Positions 40,072-51,429 of a DNA stretch of 64,000 nt are shown here, piece after piece. The position numbers and the translations under genes are program-made. A model generated the notes under the pieces. It was not told the origin of the DNA. It did no database searches and saw only the letters and a list, made by a program, of their open reading frames with translations. Source of the DNA: Nitrospirota bacterium (GTDB taxonomy: Bacteria; Nitrospirota; UBA9217); contig CAVUHW010000008.1 of assembly GCA_963741205.1 (NCBI GenBank), forward strand, positions 197,045 through 261,044. The letters are read 5' to 3'. Numbering within the stretch: position 1 is the stretch's first letter; every line of letters starts with the position of its first letter.

Positions 40072-41445
40072 ATGAAACCGACTAAAACCAAGACCGTCTA
40101 CGTCTGCCAGTCCTGCGGCAGCCAGTCTCCCCGCTGGATGGGAAAGTGCCCCGACTGCAACGCCTGGAACACGATGGTCGAGGAGAGGCTGGAAAAGCAG
40201 AAAGACATCGGGGCTGCCAAACGCGGAAACGCGGCCGATCCCCTCCTTTTGGGCGAGATCGAGACCCGTGACGAGGACCGGTTCGTGACAAAGATCGGCG
40301 AGCTCGACCGCGTTTTGGGAGGCGGGATCGTTGCCGGGTCCGTCGTATTGATCGGCGGGGACCCGGGCATCGGCAAGTCCACCCTGGTGCTCCAGATGCT
40401 CAGCCAGGTTTCGGAACTCCGGGGCAAGGCGCTCTACGTCTCGGGCGAGGAGTCGCCTGCGCAGATCAAGATGCGCGCGCAGAGACTCGGGGTCAAGACC
40501 GACAACCTGTACGTGCTTGCAGAGACACAGCTCGAAGAGATCCTGCACGCGGCCGACGGCCTTCAGCCCCAGGTCCTTGTCGTGGATTCGGTCCAGACCG
40601 TGTTCACCTCCGAGCTGCCGTCCGCGCCGGGCAGCGTGGGCCAGGTGCGCGAGGTTTCGGGCAGGCTCATGCTGCATGCCAAGCGCACGGGCATGCCCAC
40701 GTTCCTGATCGGCCACGTGACCAAGGACGGCGCGATCGCCGGTCCGCGGGTGCTCGAGCATATCGTCGATACCGTGCTCTACTTCGAGGGAGACAAGGGA
40801 CACGCCTTCCGCGTCCTCCGTGCGGTCAAGAACCGCTTCGGCAGTACGAACGAGATCGGCGTGTTCGAGATGAAGGAGAGCGGACTTGCCGAGGTCGCCA
40901 ACCCCTCGGAGATGTTTCTCGCGGAGCGGCCCGCCGATGCCACCGGCTCGGTCGTGGTATCGTCCATGGAAGGCTCAAGACCGATCCTCGCGGAACTGCA
41001 GGCCCTGGTCGCGCCGTCCAAGCTCACGATGCCGAGGAGGACCTGCATCGGTGTGGACTTTAACCGCGTGTCGCTCCTTCTCGCCGTGCTCGAAAAGCGG
41101 GTCGGCATGCACCTTATGGGCATGGACGTGTTCGTGAATGTCGTGGGCGGCCTCACCATCGACGAACCTGCCGTAGATCTGGGCGTCATTGCCGCAGTTG
41201 CGTCGAGCTTCCGCGAGAAGGCCATCCATGCTCAGACCGTGGTCATGGGCGAGGTGGGCCTTGCCGGAGAGGTGCGCGCCATCAGCCAGGCCGAGGCCAG
41301 GATCAAGGACGCGGCAAAGCTGGGTTTCACTCGCTGCGTGCTGCCGGCCTTGAACGTCGAGAAGCTGGAGAAGTCAGCCGCCATCAAGAAGATGGAGCTC
41401 ATGGGAGTCCGCACGGTTGATGAGGCCATGGAGAGGCTGTTTTAA
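40072..41445 (+). CDS. radA: DNA repair protein RadA/Sms
   Basis: CQSC..CPDC, GGDPGIGKST, VSGEES, KNRFG. Confidence 0.97.
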   Translation: MKPTKTKTVYVCQSCGSQSPRWMGKCPDCNAWNTMVEERLEKQKDIGAAKRGNAADPLLLGEIETRDEDRFVTKIGELDRVLGGGIVAGSVVLIGGDPGIGKSTLVLQMLSQVSELRGKALYVSGEESPAQIKMRAQRLGVKTDNLYVLAETQLEEILHAADGLQPQVLVVDSVQTVFTSELPSAPGSVGQVREVSGRLMLHAKRTGMPTFLIGHVTKDGAIAGPRVLEHIVDTVLYFEGDKGHAFRVLRAVKNRFGSTNEIGVFEMKESGLAEVANPSEMFLAERPADATGSVVVSSMEGSRPILAELQALVAPSKLTMPRRTCIGVDFNRVSLLLAVLEKRVGMHLMGMDVFVNVVGGLTIDEPAVDLGVIAAVASSFREKAIHAQTVVMGEVGLAGEVRAISQAEARIKDAAKLGFTRCVLPALNVEKLEKSAAIKKMELMGVRTVDEAMERLF

Positions 41446-41555
41446 CCCAACCTACCACTAAGTTATTCGCTTTCGCAGTTTACCTCTGTTGACGCCGGAA
41501 TCAGTCCGTCTGCTATAATAAAAATAGAACTGAGCTGTGGGAAGGAGAATGAGTT

Positions 41556-41759
41556 ATGGAGACAATTCCCGTAAAATGCATGGATATAAATACCGTGGGG
41601 TCGTTCTGCGACTGCATAGACAATTCGGAGTGCGCTGATGAGGCGGCACGGGCCTTCTGCACGCAGGCAAAAACCGACTATGGAAAGAATGTCACCGGCG
41701 ATGACCTGGCGGAGTTGAAAAAAGCACTGACGGAAACGGACTGCAAGGGGTGCTGTTAG
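41556..41759 (+). CDS. small Cys-rich hypothetical protein
   Basis: TGnTATAAT promoter (~41511) and AGGAG RBS; 67 aa with 8 Cys. Confidence 0.75.
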   Translation: METIPVKCMDINTVGSFCDCIDNSECADEAARAFCTQAKTDYGKNVTGDDLAELKKALTETDCKGCC

Positions 41760-41987
41760 GACCAAGGTACCAGACTACGTCGGGAAATCAACGGTCAGAG
41801 GGTGAGATTCTTTAAGATCTCGCCCTTTTTTTCTGTGCAGAGCGAGCTCGCCATATGGTTGAGGTCTTCGGAACAGTTTCAGTCCAATGGGCTTTCCCAT
41901 ATATTCGATTGCCGTTTTCAGCGGATCACCCATGAACTGCGTTCACAACGGAGGATGAAAAACGATCATTTTTCCGCTGCCGTTTAA

Positions 41988-42068
41988 TCACCCTCCCCAA
42001 CCCCTCCCATCAAGGGAGGGGCTACGGTGTGCTCCTCTCCCCTCCCTGGAGAGGGCTGCGGTGAGGGA
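41988..42068. repeat. purine/pyrimidine-rich double hairpin (REP-like)
   Basis: CCCCTCCC-ATCAA-GGGAGGGG ... CCTCTCC..GGAGAGG ... GGTGAGGG. Confidence 0.6.
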
Positions 42069-42125
42069 AATTTTCAGGAGAAATAATATTTAGTCTTCTG
42101 CATTTTTATGGTATTCTATTCTCCT

Positions 42126-44062
42126 ATGGCACTCGGCAAACTCTGGAAATTCTTCGGGAACAGGACGGGCATGGCGCTTCTTTTTGTTCAGCTTGTCCTC
42201 GTTCTGCTCTTCATCTATTTCTACACCAATTACCAGTCGAGCGACAGGTGCGTCGCGTGCCACGCCGATAAAGCAAAGATGGCTGCTCTCGGGTATCCCG
42301 AGCTCGCCATGACCCGCGAGCAGGTGCAGAAAGAATCGCGCCACCCGAACACCGAGTGCCGCGACTGCCACCTGGGGAACGGCCTGTCCGACAAGCCCGA
42401 CACCGCGCACAAGGGCATGCTGAAGCTTATCGTGCTGGACAATGACCTGAACATCATTGCACGCAAAGGCCATGTGAAGCAGCTCCTGCCCGCCGGCGAT
42501 GACCGCCAAAGGAACATGCTCCCCCGCCTTCCCGACGGATCGCTCGATTACGACGTCGGCACGATACTCTATCATGACCGGAACACGCTCACCCTCGGGT
42601 ACGATCCCGCGATAGCCCGAAAGACCTGCGGAAGGTCCTCCTGCCATCCCGAAGAGGTGAAGCAGTTTTCCACGAGCGTGATGGGCTCGAACTTCCGGCA
42701 GCGCTCCATGCGGGTCTGGAACGACATTCACGGCCCGAATAATTGAGGCCCGTCCTTCGCGGACACCCAGCCGGTCGGCAGGGCGGAAGGAGACAGGTTC
42801 TCCTTCGAGAACACCAAAAGGATCGTGGAACAGATCAACCTTCCTCTCTCGCACGATCAGGCAATCGCGAAGCAGAAGGCGTGCAACATCTGCCACGCGG
42901 GATGTCTGGACTGCCACTACGCTCCCTCCCGGGAGCAGGGTGTGCACGCCATGAGACGCGTTCCGCCATCGGCCAACTGCACGGGCGGCGGCAGGAGCAC
43001 CTTCGTCTGCCACGCGGGGACCATGGAGCGAAGAAGAGGGGACAGCTATCTCGGCAGGGATTTCTCGGAGCCTCCCGGCCTGCCGGAGGACGTGCATGTT
43101 GCTGAAGAAAGTCGAGTGCGTTGACTGCCACCTGAACGATCCGGGCGGCATGGGGCACATCGACAGGAAGGCAACGTGCCAGGACTGCCATATCGAGGTC
43201 GAGCAGGCCATGGCAGCAGGAGCGCACCGGAACGTGGCCTGCGAGGCCTGCCATGTAAAGATCCTCGGCGGATACGAGATGACCTCCTGGGGGCCGGGCA
43301 TGGTTTTGGCCCAGCCGAATCCCTTTAAGAAATATTCGCTTTATTACGGACCCCAGGGTCCGCCGATCTTGATCAAAGATCAGAACGGAAGATGGATGCC
43401 GGTCAAGGTCTGGCCGAACAGCGTGGGCGGGATCAGGGAAACGATCGCAGCCAGGCCGGGGCTCACCTTCCGCTGGCCCAAGGGCGAGACGCACGACGCA
43501 TACGCTCTGCTGGGCACCTTCAGCTTCCCCGGCGGGAACAACAATTATCTTGCATGGATCCAGGTCGAGCAGGTCGCGCACCCGCTCGGAAAATCCCGCA
43601 CTTGCGCGAGCTGCCACGGTTCGGCGACGCAGGAGGCGCAGGTTTCGTGGAAGTATTTCGATTCCCAGGGGGCGGAGCCGTTTACCGGAAGCCAGAAGGT
43701 TGTGGCGGACAGGACCGGTCTCCACGTGAAGGACATCAAGGCCACTTCGAAGATCGTGCCCATGGAAGGCGGAAAGACGGAGTACTTTGCCGCATGGCTG
43801 CCTTTGGGAGATATCTGGAAGACGGACGGAGATTTCTCGATTCCGAAATCCGATCCCGTGAAATACCGCAATCTGGAGAATGGGATCGCGCGACGCCCTT
43901 TCGCGGCTCGATACGATCGATAAGAAACTCAAGGCGCGCGAGGAGAAGGGCGAGGATGTGAAGAAGCTCCGGCGCAGGTGGAAAGAGGCAAAGGCGACGG
44001 CGGAGCACGAGCCGGGGGCAGCCGACAAGATGATTGATGAGCTTGTTGGCATGGTTCCCTGA
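42126..44062 (+). CDS. membrane-anchored multiheme cytochrome c, probable selenoprotein (UGA 42744-42746); frameshifts ~43100 and ~43888
   Basis: N-terminal TM; 8 CxxCH plus CX4CH and CX9CH; ORFs 42108..42746 and 42825..43124 are in the same frame, separated only by TGA. Confidence 0.85.
42744..42794 (+). promoter_or_regulatory. bacterial SECIS-like element
   Basis: UGA then UCCUUC/GAAGGA lower stem, CCC-A-GCC/GGC-A-GGG upper stem, GGUC loop at +27. Confidence 0.75.
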
Positions 44063-44259
44063 CCCGGACAAGAGAGAACCGAAATTGTTCGGACACTGTC
44101 GTAGGCGCGATATTGCCGCCAAGTAAAATGCTGAAGTTATTGGTCCTTAAACCCGTTATGAATCGTTTAGCTCTCCTTCGCGTCCTTTGCGCCTTCGCGG
44201 CAAATTGCCCCCCATCTTGAGAAGAATGTGATTTGTAACTGACTCATAAGAGGTAGCCT

Positions 44260-44871
44260 ATGAACACCCTTATCAAAACGATCGAAGTCCTGGGCATCAT
44301 CGCCTTCGCCCTGACCGGATTCTACGCCGCCAGGAAGAAGGGGATGGACCTCGTCGGCGTCTACTCGCTGGGTATGGTCACAGCCCTGGGCGGCGGCTCG
44401 CTCCGGGATATCATCCTGAACCGCCACCCCCTTTTCTGGATGGAGCATTACGAATACGCAATCCTGCTTCTGGCCCTGTCGATCACCTCCAGCCTTGTCG
44501 CCCAGGAGTTTTTCGAAAGAAAGAACATGGTGTACATCGTTCTTGCCCTGGACGCCCTCGGCCTCGGGTCTTTCAGCGCATCGGGGGCGTCTCTGGCCGA
44601 CCAGCAGGGCTGTGCCCTGTTCGTCTCGTCGCTTCTGGGCGTTATCACGGGCGTCTTCGGCGGCGTGATGCGCGACATCGTCTGCAACGAGATCCCCTAT
44701 GTCTTTCAGAGAACGGAGCTGTACGCCACCTGCTCCTTTATCGGGGCCTGGGCATACCTCCTCGTTGTCCGCCACGTGGGCAACGACATCATTGCCGTGG
44801 CCGCCTGCATCGTCGTAACATTCGTCTTGCGAATGCTGGCGCTGCGGTATAAAATCAAACTGCCGATCTGA
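44260..44871 (+). CDS. trimeric intracellular cation channel (UPF0126) protein
   Basis: duplicated TALGGGSLRD / TGVFGGVMRD motifs, DALGL. Confidence 0.92.
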   Translation: MNTLIKTIEVLGIIAFALTGFYAARKKGMDLVGVYSLGMVTALGGGSLRDIILNRHPLFWMEHYEYAILLLALSITSSLVAQEFFERKNMVYIVLALDALGLGSFSASGASLADQQGCALFVSSLLGVITGVFGGVMRDIVCNEIPYVFQRTELYATCSFIGAWAYLLVVRHVGNDIIAVAACIVVTFVLRMLALRYKIKLPI

Positions 44872-44913
44872 GAGCCGAAGAGTGCTGAGTATCTCTGCGT
44901 CCGGAAAGAGCAT

Positions 44914-45049
44914 TTGGACGCGGATTTGCGCGGATGCACGCAGATATTCAAGAGCTTGAGTAAAAATCTTAAGTGGCCTTTTTTGTGAATACCGAATTGC
45001 AATTATATTTTTGGTTTATCAGCGAAAATCTGCGTTCATCTGCGTCCAA
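44914..45049. repeat. inverted nonamer-repeat hairpin (related remnants ~32552-32625 and ~44170-44203)
   Basis: TTGGACGCGGAT...ACGCAGAT ... ATCTGCGTTCATCTGCGTCCAA. Confidence 0.7.
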
Positions 45050-45094
45050 TAGCCGTTTTTAGGATGATATTTTTTCCACGGGAGGAGGGCAGCC

Positions 45095-45307
45095 ATGCCG
45101 TATGTGAACATAAAAATAACCAGGGAAGGCGCCACGACGGAGCAAAAGGCGCAGCTCATCCAGGGCGTTACCCGGATGCTCAAGGACATTTTAGGGAAGG
45201 ACCCTCAAACCACCTGCGTGGTCATCGAAGAGGTCGAAACCGACAACTGGGGGATCGGCGGCGAGAGCATAACGGAACGGAGAAAAAGGACGCAAAAGGG
45301 GAAATAA
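45095..45307 (+). CDS. 4-oxalocrotonate tautomerase family
   Basis: N-terminal Pro (MPYVNIKI), EQKAQLI, NWGIGG. Confidence 0.92.
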   Translation: MPYVNIKITREGATTEQKAQLIQGVTRMLKDILGKDPQTTCVVIEEVETDNWGIGGESITERRKRTQKGK

Positions 45308-45399
45308 CTATAGTCCGCATAATAAATCTGTCCTCTGGACGCCCGCGGCGGAACAGGTTACAATAACATACTGCGGCTCTTATAAGACGCGACTCTCTT

Positions 45400-47321
45400 A
45401 TGGAAACAGCCCGATTAAATCGTATTTACAAAAAAATTAGCCGGCACTTGACCGGCCCGGGAGAGCTTTATCTCGTGGTGTCCATCGAGACGCAAACGCT
45501 CCTCCTCTGCGCGCACGAGAACATTGTCGAGCGATACAACGCCTCGACCTCCCGTTTCGGCAACGGCAACCGGGAAAACTCGCTTAAAACGCCGCTCGGT
45601 ATTCATCGGATCAAAGAGAAGTTCGGGGCCGGCGCGCCTCCCGGCCGAATGTTCACAGACCGCGAAGATACCGGCATTGACTGGGACCACAAGTCAGAAT
45701 GGGGATAATCTGATCCTGACCCGCATTCTGCAGCTCGAAGGCCTTGAGGAAGGGATCAATAAAGGGCCGGGTGTGGATTCGCTATGAGCGTTACATCTAT
45801 ATCCACGGGACCGGCCGGGAGGACCTGATCGGCACTCCCCTGTCGCACGGGTGCGTGTGCATGCGCAACCACGACATCATTCGCTTATTTGAAATCGTGA
45901 AGGAAGGCACGCTCGTGTACATCGATCCCCCTCCCGTCGTCATCGGAGAACGCCGGTGCCGCAGCGTCCACTTTACCGGTATTTTCGGCAGCGGCATGAG
46001 CGCGCTCGCGCAATACCTGCGCTTTCAGGGGATCGCGGTCTCGGGTTCCGATCGTTTCCATGGGAGTGAGGACACGGCCTTCATCCGGCAGTCGCTTGAA
46101 GGGCTGGGGTGCGCCATCGTTCCTCAAGACGGTTCGGGTGTGGGCGCGGATACCGACGTTGTCTGCGTCTCTACCGCAATAGAAGAATCAAACCCCGACA
46201 TCGCCGCCGCGCGCGGCCGCGGTCTTCCCGTCATCCATCGCTCCGATCTGCTCGCCGCAATCATCTCGACAAAAAAGACCATTGCAGTCGCCGGCACAAG
46301 CGGCAAGTCGACGGTGACCGCGATGATATTCGAATTCCTGACCGCGTGCGAAAAATCGCCCTCCCTCATAAGCGGCGCCGGTCTGCGCAGGCTCGAAAAA
46401 CAGGGGCTTATCGGCAACGCCTATAGCGGCGGCTCCGATCTTTTGGTCGTGGAGGCGGACGAAAGCGACGGGACGCTCGTCAAATACCGTCCGGCGGCCT
46501 CGGTTATCCTGAATGTTTCCAAGGACCACAAAACGACTGACGAGCTGAAAGCGCTGTTCGAAACCCTCGCTTCGCAATCTTCCTGGACTGCCTCGAACGC
46601 CGACGATCCGGTCCTTGCTTCTCTTCCGGCCACCGTACGCTTCGGCCGAAACGGTTCGGGCTCGTGGAGGCCGGACTATGAAGAGCTCCTGCCGACTTCG
46701 GTCAGGCTTGTCCGGAACGGCATTGAATATCACCTGCCGCTTCCGGGCGACCACAATCTTGAAAATCTGCGCGCGGCGCTCTGCGTTTGCGAGCAATTCG
46801 GCTGCGAGCCGTCGGCGCTTGCGGGTGCGGTAAGAAATTATGAGGGCGTTGCCAGACGATTTTCCCTGATCAGGACAAAAGAAGGCGTGCAGGTGGTCGA
46901 CGACTTTGCCCATAATCCGGTGAAGATAGCGGCTGCCGTTCGTGCAGCGCGGGGCCTTTCCGGCCGCATTCTGGCCGTATACCAGCCGCACGGGTTCGGT
47001 CCGACGCGGTTCTTAAAGGATGAATACATCGAAACGTTTCGGAGCGTATTCCGGCAAAATGACTCTCTCTCTCTCCTGCCGATCTATTACGCCGGGGGCA
47101 CGGCGCAAAAAGATATTTCCTCGGAAGACATCATCACCGGCCTTGGTCCCGTGCCGTTCAACGCACAGGCGGTAAGCTCCCGCGACGAGTTGCTGGAGAG
47201 ACTCAAAGCCGATGCGAGGCCGGGAGACTGCGTACTCCTCATGGGCGCGCGGGACCCGTCGCTGCCTGCCCTGGTAAGGAAGATTGTGGAAATGTTCGGC
47301 GGGGAATTGGTAAGCCGATAG
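45400..47321 (+). CDS. L,D-transpeptidase (YkuD) fused to MurC/Mpl-type ligase; frameshifts ~45700 and ~45780
   Basis: STS..G.G, KTPLG, IYIHGT..SHGC, contiguous in frame with GIFGSGMSALA, AGTSGKST, EADESD, DDFAHNP, YQPH. Confidence 0.85.
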
Positions 47322-47346
47322 AGGTATCTTTGCCTGCACCCGTATC

Positions 47347-50300
47347 GTGCAAGGGTGCATGGGGGATAACGTGAAAGACAGGGACAAGTTCCCGCAAAAC
47401 AAGGACACCGCCTCCAAGGGATCGTTAGACGCCAACCGGGCCGGTTCAGAAAATGGCGCGCGACGGGGAAGCGCGGCCGTACCAGCCGGCAGTTCCGCAC
47501 AACAAGTCGCGACCGCAGTGACTGAGGCTCGTTTCCGGACCGTCTTCGAAAACTCACAGGTCGCTATCGGGGTTTCAAAGGCGGGAATTCACGTATTCGT
47601 GAACCCCGCGTATCTCGACCTGTTCGGGTTTCCCCGCGGGACCGATCTTGCAGGCAGACCGGTCCTGGACCTCATTGCCCCGGAAAGCCGCGACCAGATC
47701 AGGGAGTACCTCCACCGCCGCGTACGGGGCGAGGCAGTGCCGTCAACCTACGAGGCACGCGGCCGCCGCGCTGACGGGTCCGCGTTTGACATGGCGGTCA
47801 ACGCTTCCTCGTATCAGGAGAACGGTGAAGAACACACCCTCGCGATTCTGAGAGACATCACCTCGCGAAAAATGGCGGAGGAGGCGCTGAAGGAAAGCGA
47901 GCAGAAATACAAACTGCTGATCGAGGCGACGAACACGGCTTACGTCATCATTGACGAGAAGGGTCGGGTCCTGGATGCGAACCAGGAATACGTCCGGCTA
48001 ACGGGTCGCGGCCGGCTGGAGGACATTCTCGGGCGGCCGGTCACGGACTGGACGGCGTCATACGACGTGGAACGGAACGCTGCCGAGGTCAGGAAGTGCA
48101 TGGAGAGCGGCTCGGTGCGCAATCTGCTGATCGATTACGTCGACGCTCAGGAGAAGACCACGCCCGTCGAGATCAACGCGACTGTTCTGATGGGTCCGTC
48201 GTGTGCACGGATCTTCACGACCTGCAGGGACATCACCGATCGCAGGAAAATGGATGAAAAACTGCAAGCGAGCGAGGAGCGTATCCGCCGCGCTTTTGAG
48301 GACTCGCCGGTCGGGGTCGCCATCCTTACGCCTTATCTGCATTTCCAGCGTGTCAACAAAAGACTTTGCGAGATCACCGGTTATCTTGAAGCGGAGCTTG
48401 TCGGGAAGCATTTCGCCGACATCACTCACCCTGAGGATGTCGAAGAAGGCGTTTCGAACGCCCGCCGTATGCTTGCCGGCGAGATCGACCATTTTTTTCA
48501 GGAGAAACGGTACCTTCGCAAGGACGGCGCGCCGGTGTGGGTGCGGACCTCGGTAAGATTGATTCGCGATGGAAAGGGAACCCCCCTGAACTTTTTAAAG
48601 GTGATCGAGGACATTACTGCGCAGATGCAGTCCGGACTTGCCCTGAAACAAAGCGAAGCGAAATACCGGCGTCTCTATAATGACACGCCCATTCTGCTCC
48701 ATTCCATAGACCGGAATGGGATCATGGTTGATGTAAATGATTACTGGCTCAAAACAATGGGCTATAAGCGCAATGAAGTGATCGGCAGACAAATCGCCGA
48801 TTTTTTTACGGACGCATCGCGCAAGTACGCCGAGGAGGTAGTTCTGCCGGCATTTTTCCGGGACGGCGTCGTCAGGGATATACCGTATCAGTTCACGAAA
48901 AAGAACGGCGAAGTCCTGGATGTGCTTCTTTCGGCGACTGCGGAGCGGGATGTTTCCGGCAACATTGTCCGGTCCCTGGCGGTCATCGAGGATATTACCG
49001 AGAGAAAAAGGGCGGAGGAGGCGCTGCGCGAGAACCAGGCGCGGCTCGACCTTGCCCTTCATTCGGCGCATATGGGAGTCTGGCGCTGGGAGCTCAAGGA
49101 GAACAGGCGCTATTTCGACGATCTGACCTGTCAACTTATGGGGATCGACGCGGCGACGTTCGACGGCACTATGGAGGATTTCCTCCGGGCAGTGCATCCC
49201 GAGGATCGTGAGAAGATCAAGGCGGCGCTTGCCCGGACCATTGAGCAGGATGTACTCTACGAGCCGGCGTATCGCGTTGTCTGGCCTGACGGAAGCGTTC
49301 GTTATATCACGGCCCGCGGCAGGCTGGTCCGCGACGAAAAGGGGCAGCCTGCGAGGATCAACGGTATCGTGTGGGACATCACGGATCAACACCGCCGTGA
49401 GCAGGAGCTCATCGAGACCGAAAAGCTCGAATCCATCGGCACCCTTGCAGGCGGCATCGCCCACGACTTCAACAATCTCCTGCAGGGCGTTTTCGGGTTC
49501 ATCTCCATGGCCAAACTCACCTTCGATCAGAAGGAGAAGGCGCTCGCCATGCTCGACGCAGGCGGAAAAGGCCCTGCACCAGTCGGTGAACCTCACCTCG
49601 CAGCTCCTCACCTTTTCCAAGGGCGGAAAGCCGGTAAAGAAGGTATGTGCTCTACGGCCATTGATCGAGAACGCAGTAGCGTTCGCCCTGAGCGGTTCCC
49701 GCATCACCTATGAGATAGTGGCTGACGAAAACCTCCGCGCAGTCGAGGCAGATGAGGGACAGATCGGCCAGGTGATCCAGAACATTGTGCTGAACGCCGA
49801 CCAGGCCATGCCTCTGGGCGGCATGGTCCGGGTATCGGTCCGGAACATGTCCGCTCAAGCGATTGACCCGCCTGCCGACCTGGAGGGCGACCTGGTGGAG
49901 ATAACGATCCGCGACCAGGGCACCGGAATCCCTGCAGGACATCTTATGAGGATATTCGATCCTTACTTCACGACCAAGGAGAAAGGGAGCGGGCTGGGGC
50001 TCGCAACCTCGTATTCCATCATCAAAAACCACGGGGGTCTGGTTCGCGTACAGTCCGAAGTCGGCAAAGGGACCGTTTTTTTCATTTATCTTCCGGCGTC
50101 CGGTGCTGCAGGGGAAGAGACAAAGCGTTTCACGATGCCCGCAACGACACGAAAGGGCAGGATCCTGGTCATGGATGACGAGGAGATAATCAGGGCGGTC
50201 GCGGGAGAGATGTTGATTGCTTTTGGGCATGATGTCGCATCTGCGGAAACGGGCGAAACCGCGCTGGAGGCGTATCAGGCCGCACGGAATGCAGGCAGTC

Positions 50301-50527
50301 CCTTTGATGTGGTCATCCTGGACCTGACCATCCGGGGAGGGATGGGAGGACTGGAAACCCTGAGAAAGCTGATAGAGATCGATCCCGGCGTGAAGGCGGT
50401 CGTATCGAGCGGCTATTCTGATGATGCGGTCTTGTCGAATTATCGCGAGCAGGGGTTCCGGGCCTTCCTCAAGAAACCCTATAATATCGAAGAACTTCAG
50501 GGCATATTGAATCCCTTGCTGGCGTGA
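47347..50527 (+). CDS. multi-PAS hybrid sensor histidine kinase with receiver domain; frameshift ~49555
   Basis: ~5 PAS/PAC repeats, AGGIAHDFNN, NADQAM, DQGTG, GSGLGL, ILVMDD..DLTI. Confidence 0.93.
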
Positions 50528-50619
50528 AACACACAGGAGTGGAACAATCAGGTTGACGGGGAGTCCGGGGTCATCCTCGGTAACCGCAGGAACTCTGCCA
50601 GCAAGACGATAGGGACAAT

Positions 50620-51339
50620 ATGAACATCATTGCCATCGGGGGAGGGAGCTTAAAGAAGAAGCAGACACTTCCGATCGACCGGGTCATCGTTCAACTCGCA
50701 GACAAAAAATCTCCCCGCGCTCTCTTCATCCCCACGGCAAGCGGCGATGAGCGGAAATACTGCGAGGCCTTCGACCGCATCTATGGAGATCTGCTCGGGT
50801 GCAGAACGGACCATCTTCTTCTCTACCGAAGACCCGGAGACCGGAAAGAAGCGGCCAGGATGATCGGGTCAGCCGATCTGATCTATGTCGGCGGAGGAAA
50901 TACCCTTCGCATGATGAAGATGTGGCGGCGCCTGGGGATCGACAAAATGCTCATCAAAGCCGGACAACGGGGGGCGGTGCTCGCGGGCGTGAGCGCGGGC
51001 GCGATCTGCTGGCACGAATGGGGCCATTCCGATTCAAGGTCCTATTCAGGCAGAAAGAACTGGTCCTACATAAAAGTCCGCTCGCTCGGTTTACGTCAGG
51101 GGTTGTTTTGCCCGCACCTGAATTCCGAAAAACGGCACGCCTCATTCAAGAAAATGGTTGCCCGCGAAAAGATGATCGGGATAGCATGCGACAACTTCGC
51201 GGCTATTCACTACGATGACTCCGGCGCAACCTGCTTAACCGCCAGGAGGAAGGCGCACGTCAATATTTACACTCCTGCGAACGGGCGCGTTACCATCAGG
51301 AGCTATAAGAACGGGGAGAAGATCGATTTGCCCCGTTAA
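50620..51339 (+). CDS. peptidase E (family S51)
   Basis: IGGG, FIPTAS, YVGGGNT, GVSAGA, CPH. Confidence 0.9.
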   Translation: MNIIAIGGGSLKKKQTLPIDRVIVQLADKKSPRALFIPTASGDERKYCEAFDRIYGDLLGCRTDHLLLYRRPGDRKEAARMIGSADLIYVGGGNTLRMMKMWRRLGIDKMLIKAGQRGAVLAGVSAGAICWHEWGHSDSRSYSGRKNWSYIKVRSLGLRQGLFCPHLNSEKRHASFKKMVAREKMIGIACDNFAAIHYDDSGATCLTARRKAHVNIYTPANGRVTIRSYKNGEKIDLPR

Positions 51340-51429
51340 AAAAAGCCGCCGACTTCCGCCGGCGGTTGATTTTTCCCGCATGGATTGTAACACGAATTTG
51401 TCTTCCTGCCTCGTTTGCGTTTTCTTCGC

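Noticed and set aside
41802-41987. 61-aa ORF between the Cys-rich protein and the cytochrome
   Set aside because: No motifs or typical codon pattern; probably spurious.
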